A DNA stretch of 63,867 bases, filler included, from Asterionella formosa (taxonomy: Eukaryota): NCBI GenBank assembly GCA_002256025.1. It is 5 parts of 5 records of this genome, joined end to end, with 100 filler letters (N's around TTAATTAATTAA, not from the genome) between each part and the next. Parts side by side here need not be neighbours in the genome. Positions count along the whole stretch, not along the records: positions 58,479 to 60,309 come from NKIB01001078.1; positions 60,410 to 62,240 come from NKIB01001079.1; positions 62,341 to 63,867 come from NKIB01001205.1; 2 more parts are not named here. The stretch is one strand, 5' to 3'. The number at the start of each line of letters is the position of its first letter. Position 1 is the stretch's first letter. Below the pieces are notes generated by a model. That model saw only the letters and a program-made list of their open reading frames with translations, searched no databases and was not told where the DNA came from. A program made the translations under genes and the position numbers. This document shows, in pieces, positions 58,379 through 63,867 of this stretch.

Positions 58379-58478
58379 NNNNNNNNNNNNNNNNNNNNNN
58401 NNNNNNNNNNNNNNNNNNNNNNTTAATTAATTAANNNNNNNNNNNNNNNNNNNNNNNNNNNNNNNNNNNNNNNNNNNN
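58379..58478. other. Artificial contig spacer
   Basis: N44-TTAATTAATTAA-N44. Confidence 0.97.
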
Positions 58479-58566
58479 ATGATCAAAGAAATTGTTCCTT
58501 TGGAGGTACGTTTGTTGTTATTTTTGCTGTCTAGCATTTTATTCATGTACTCATCTGTTGCTTCAA

Positions 58567-59230
58567 TCAATGCATTTTGCATCTGGGGTTTGTTGCTAAT
58601 GGTGGCAGCAATGGTGGCACCTTTGGGCCGTCCACCAACAGTTGTATAGTTGTACTACTCATGTCCTCCTTGTTTGTTTTTGTTGTGTTTGTATTTGCCT
58701 CCAAACTTCCCCAGGTAAGCACACCATTGTTTCCAGTTTCATATGCCAAAGTGCCCATCATTGTAAACTGACTATCATAATGCTCACTCACACCTTCATT
58801 GTTGTCATCTTCTTCCTCCTCGACAATTTTATATGAATTATGAATGAGATTACTGGGAAATAACAAGGCAAAGCTGCCATCAGCATTCAAGAGTTGGGGT
58901 TTAGTATGGCCACAATGGTCAGGTGTCAATGTAGACACCATGGTTGCAGTTGATGGCTGAAAGAGGGACGAACCAGAAGTAGTATACATATTAGTAGTAC
59001 TAGACTTAACTTCTAGTTTAGCACTTTGTTTTAGTTCATTCTTCACTTGGTTAACAGATATCCAAGAAAAAATGCATTGCTTAGCTGATACTGTCCTAGA
59101 AATAGCACCATAAGGCACTTTTCCACCATTCTTAGCCTTCTTAGCTTATAGCTCCCTAATCACATTGTTAAGACAAATCTGAACACTGACCAACTCTTCA
59201 GGAGACAATTTCTTTCGAGGCAAGCCTGGT
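58567..59230 (-). pseudogene. Relic homologous to the N-terminal domain of the pogo-type transposase
   Basis: KNGGKVPYGAISRTVSAKQCIFSWISVNQVK versus INRGKLLYGALTKAVNEMKGILPWLTVVKVK at ~22050; in-frame stop upstream. Confidence 0.45.
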
Positions 59231-59451
59231 TTCCAGGTAACATACCTGTACTCCGGTACCTGGTAAAAGGGGTACTCACCTGGTACCAGGGTACCGTGCA
59301 GGAGGTAGAGGCATGTACGGGTGTTATGTACTGTAGTCACCACTGTAAATTCTTGTTCTGACTCCTTCATCACTCATACAAATAGGAAAGTCACAATCAC
59401 CATACCACAACAACTTATTCTTCACAACAACTTGTGCTTTTGACAACAAGA

Positions 59452-60309
59452 ATGCCTGGAGGCCGTAGACATCCTGCATTTTGTTCTAAAGGGAGGACAG
59501 ATGAACCTGTTGTAGTAATTGGAGGCAATATTGATGTCCATGATGAGCACTTGGGTCAAATTCAAGAGACAGAAGATAACAGGCGAAAGCTGAAAACAAA
59601 ACAGGAGCACCGCAACAGATTGAAGGTAATAATTCAATGGTTGAAAGATCAATACCCTCAGTATACTGCAGCAGGTGGAGTTATTTCAATTTCTCAAGAG
59701 CATGCAAGAAACCCAAATTTTTTCCGACACACAAACACAGAAGACTTAAAGTACAATGGGATCAATGTCACTCTCATCAAAGCATTTCTTAGCTCTGCGA
59801 AGCGAAAATCAAATGGAAAAATATGCTCATTTTCAAATATTCGAAAGTTTCATGATTCCATTTTATTTGGTGCAGAGCAGGCATCAGAAGTTCTACCTCA
59901 AATCTACCATCAAGAAATACAAACGTTTTTAGAATCATTCAAAAAAGAGTCAGTTAAAGCAAAGCGACAAGGCAATGTTGATGAGCATGATGCAGATCAA
60001 ATACCACTTCCACTATACAGTCACATTTGTGAGTGGGCAGTGGATGCTGGCAATATATTTGCATGGACATTTACAGTGTGCCAATGGAACTGCATGGGTC
60101 GAAGTGCATCCATAGATCCATTGGGAATTCACAATTTTACAATTGGTGTTGATTCATTCAAGATAACATATGATGACTCAAAGGCTGACAGTGCTGGTGA
60201 TCATGTTAGCCCTAAGAATTTATATTCCAATCCCTTTAAGCCACACATTTGCCCTGCAACTGCACTTGGAATCTGGTTGTCACTTCGTAATGAAGCTTTT
60301 ACTAAGGAT
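59452..60309 (+). mobile_element. Crypton-type (CryptonS-like) tyrosine recombinase, 3' truncated by contig end
   Basis: QWNCMGRS (catalytic R), DSFKITYDDSKADSAG (K), PKNLYSNPFKPHICPATALGIWL; ORF open to the contig end. Confidence 0.75.
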
Positions 60310-60409
60310 NNNNNNNNNNNNNNNNNNNNNNNNNNNNNNNNNNNNNNNNNNNNTTAATTAATTAANNNNNNNNNNNNNNNNNNNNNNNNNNNNNNNNNNN
60401 NNNNNNNNN
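60310..60409. other. Artificial contig spacer
   Basis: N44-TTAATTAATTAA-N44. Confidence 0.97.
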
Positions 60410-61267
60410 ATCCTTAGTAAAAGCTTCATTACGAAGTGACAACCAGATTCCAAGTGCAGTTGCAGGGCAAATGTGTGGCTTAAAGGGATTGGAATATAAA
60501 TTCTTAGGGCTAACATGATCACCAGCACTGTCAGCCTTTGAGTCATCATATGTTATCTTGAATGAATCAACACCAATTGTAAAATTGTGAATTCCCAATG
60601 GATCTATGGATGCACTTCGACCCATGCAGTTCCATTGGCACACTGTAAATGTCCATGCAAATATATTGCCAGCATCCACTGCCCACTCACAAATGTGACT
60701 GTATAGTGGAAGTGGTATTTGATCTGCATCATGCTCATCAACATTGCCTTGTCGCTTTGCTTTAACTGACTCTTTTTTGAATGATTCTAAAAACGTTTGT
60801 ATTTCTTGATGGTAGATTTGAGGTAGAACTTCTGATGCCTGCTCTGCACCAAATAAAATGGAATCATGAAACTTTCGAATATTTGAAAATGAGCATATTT
60901 TTCCATTTGATTTTCGCTTGGCAGAGCTAAGAAATGCTTTTATGAGAGTGACATTGATCCCATTGTACTTTAAGTCTTCTGTGTTTGTGTGTCGAAAAAA
61001 ATTTGGGTTTCTTGCATGCTCTTGAGAAATTGAAATAACTCCACCTGCTGCAGTATACTGAGGGTATTGATCTTTCAACCATTGAATTATTACCTTCAAT
61101 CTGTTGCGGTGCTCCTGTTTTGTTTTCAGCTTTCGCCTGTTATCTTCTGTCTCTTGAATTTGACCCAAGTGCTCATCATGGACATCAATATTGCCTCCAA
61201 TTACTACAACAGGTTCATCTGTCCTCCCTTTAGAACAAAATGCAGGATGTCTACGGCCTCCAGGCAT
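60410..61267 (-). mobile_element. Second copy (allele or paralogue) of the Crypton-type recombinase
   Basis: Reverse complement of 59452-60309 with the same translation. Confidence 0.75.
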
Positions 61268-62240
61268 TCTTGTTGTCAAAAGCACAAGTTGTTGTGAAGA
61301 ATAAGTTGTTGTGGTATGGTGATTGTGACTTTCCTATTTGTATGAGTGATGAAGGAGTCAGAACAAGAATTTACAGTGGTGACTACAGTACATAACACCC
61401 GTACATGCCTCTACCTCCTGCACGGTACCCTGGTACCAGGTGAGTACCCCTTTTACCAGGTACCGGAGTACAGGTATGTTACCTGGAAACCAGGCTTGCC
61501 TCGAAAGAAATTGTCTCCTGAAGAGTTGGTCAGTGTTCAGATTTGTCTTAACAATGTGATTAGGGAGCTATAAGCTAAGAAGGCTAAGAATGGTGGAAAA
61601 ATGCCTTATGGTGCTATTTCTAGGACAGTATCAGCTAAGCAATGCATTTTCCCTTGGATATCTGTTAACCAAGTGAAGAATGAACTAAAACAAAGTGCTA
61701 AACTAGAAGTTAAGTCTAGTACTACTAGTATGTATACTACTTCTGGTTCGTCCCTCTTTCAGCCATCAACTGCAACCATGGTGTCTACATTGACACCTGA
61801 CCATTGTGGCCCTACTAAACCCCAACTCTTGAATGCTGATGGCAGCTTTGCCTTGTTATTTCCCAGTAATCTCATTCATAATTCATATAAAATTGTTGAG
61901 GAGGAAGAAGATGACAACAATGAAGGTGTGAGTGAGCATTATGATAGTCAGTTTACAATGATGGGCACTTTGGCATATGAAACTGGAAACAATGGTGTGC
62001 TTACCTGGGGAAGTTTGGAGGCAAATACAAAAACAACGAAAACAAACAAGGAGGACATGAGTAGTACAACTATACAACTGTTGGTGGACGGCCCAAAGGT
62101 GCCACCATTGCTACCACCATTAGCAACAAACCCCAGATGCAAAATGCATTGATTGAAGCAACAGATGAGTACATGAATAAAATGCTAGACAGCAAAAATA
62201 ACAACAAACGTACCTCCAAAGGAACAATTTCTTTGATCAT

Positions 62241-62340
62241 NNNNNNNNNNNNNNNNNNNNNNNNNNNNNNNNNNNNNNNNNNNNTTAATTAATTAANNNN
62301 NNNNNNNNNNNNNNNNNNNNNNNNNNNNNNNNNNNNNNNN
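62241..62340. other. Artificial contig spacer
   Basis: N44-TTAATTAATTAA-N44. Confidence 0.97.
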
Positions 62341-63866
62341 TGCAATTGACAGCCCACGTCAGCAAATGGTGCAGATTATTGCTCTCCTTGTTGAGACAGC
62401 AAGTCATTATGATATCGGATGAATTGATGTATCATAGTTTATCTATAGATCAGAACCTTTTTCTTGAGCAGACAAAGCAAGCCAAATATTTTAACTGTCA
62501 TATAGTGTAGTCAGGCTGTTGCTAACTGTGGACTTGAACCCAAATCCATTTATTTGGAGTGTTTTGTTCCTTTTTTCATTTGTCCGAACTACTATGTTCG
62601 ACAATGTAACCACAGAACACTCCTTAGCGTGTTCTATTATTAAGACATCATCAGATGCTACACGAAGGATGCAAGTTTACCTCTTTGCTCCTACATAACA
62701 ACACTAGTCCCAACAAAAAAGATGACAAAATAACACTATCACGCCGACCATGTCATACTTGAAACCGAAAAAGTATTTTCACCACATAATTTTCCGACAC
62801 AAGCAAGGCTCGTAGTTTGGCCTGGCCATCTATTTATGCACCTGTCAACTGGCATTATACCCAAAACTCCCGTAAACATCATGCTTTATCACAAGACATG
62901 ATAGATTTGTTTTAGAAATAACCCATCTCAATGTCACAATCAAAAAACATGTTTGTCGAAAAATTAGGGCGATTTGACGCCGAAAACCATCCCATGATGA
63001 CCCATGCGAATGCAGATGCAATGGCGAATGCGATTTCAAATCAGACTCCTGTTTCTTTGGTTTCAGCACAGAGTATGAATAGGGGCGATGCATTGACGCT
63101 TTGCCCAACCCATTGTCTGGCCTGTGAGTGAAGACATAAAGTATAGAAGATATTATAGAGTGGAAAGGACATGTACCATCCATTTGTTACATGTCACCAG
63201 TAGATGCAGAAAGCTCGATTTTCGGAAGAGATGCTTGCGGTTGAATAGACAGCATCCTAGTTTGTTCTCCACCATGTACGACACAACTAAACATAAAATG
63301 ATATACCAGTACTCGTCCTGCTTATCAAATTCAAATCAAAGTGCATACCGGTATGTTTGGTAAGACTGGCTTGATCATTCTGAGTGATGGTTTCCGACAT
63401 GGAAGGGATTACAAGTACCGGTAGAGGCTCCGACATAAATTAAATGAGGAATGTTCCGTGGATAATTGATAACTATATGCCCTGATCTTTGGTCACAAGT
63501 CTATTATAGACCGTTGATCTATTGGATTGTATTGTATTGAATTGGATCATCAATTCACTGGATGGCTTGGCTCATTGCTGACATTTTTTAAAATCTAATT
63601 TCAGATTTCAGATTGCAGATCAGAACCTTCATCAGTCGAACCGTCAACCGGACAGGCAGTCGGCAGTCGGCAGAGAAGGGTGTGTCGAACAGTCATCGAT
63701 CGCCAGGTCTTCCGTCGACTCATACCCTCGTATTTGATTCAATTCTGATACCGGTGAACTATTGATAAACTATGATACATCAATTCATCCGATATCATAA
63801 TGACTTGCTGTCTCAACAAGGAGAGCAATAATCTGCACCATTTGCTGACGTGGGCTGTCAATTGCA
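62341..63866. repeat. Contig bounded by ~103-bp perfect inverted repeats
   Basis: 62341-62443 is the reverse complement of 63764-63866. Confidence 0.92.
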
Positions 63867-63867
63867 T

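Noticed and set aside
58479..62240. Giant 1.8-kb palindrome centred on 60360
   Set aside because: The centre is an artificial spacer; these are two separate contigs in opposite orientation

Overview
Eukaryotic nuclear DNA, most likely from a diatom (DUF6824 gene, short GT-AG introns, stramenopile-type transposon families). The window is not one molecule. It is five contigs joined by artificial 100-bp spacers (N44-TTAATTAATTAA-N44) at 29164, 58379, 60310 and 62241, and contigs 3 and 4 are reverse-complement near-duplicates. Host genes are EIPR1/TSSC1 (partial), two convergent coiled-coil proteins (2518 aa and ~465 aa), a spliced DUF6824 gene, a PDZ + 2Fe-2S ferredoxin, a spliced EDR2-C/DUF1336 gene, LTV1, an F-box-like protein, a spliced alpha-COP and a small coiled-coil protein. 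Between them lies nested, mostly decayed mobile DNA. This includes a tRNA-derived SINE candidate with a 15-bp target-site duplication, a second tRNA-like insertion, and a Kolobok/'Mutator-like' relic fused to a pogo relic. It also includes a 6.2-kb Plavaka-type element with CATCTA termini, TA flanks, an unnamed accessory gene and micro-exon repeats. Two Harbinger relics, a Stowaway-like MITE and a Crypton tyrosine recombinase complete the set. GGTACC(A)-based palindromic heptamer clusters are concentrated upstream of genes. All family assignments come from motif recognition by eye; no searches were run.
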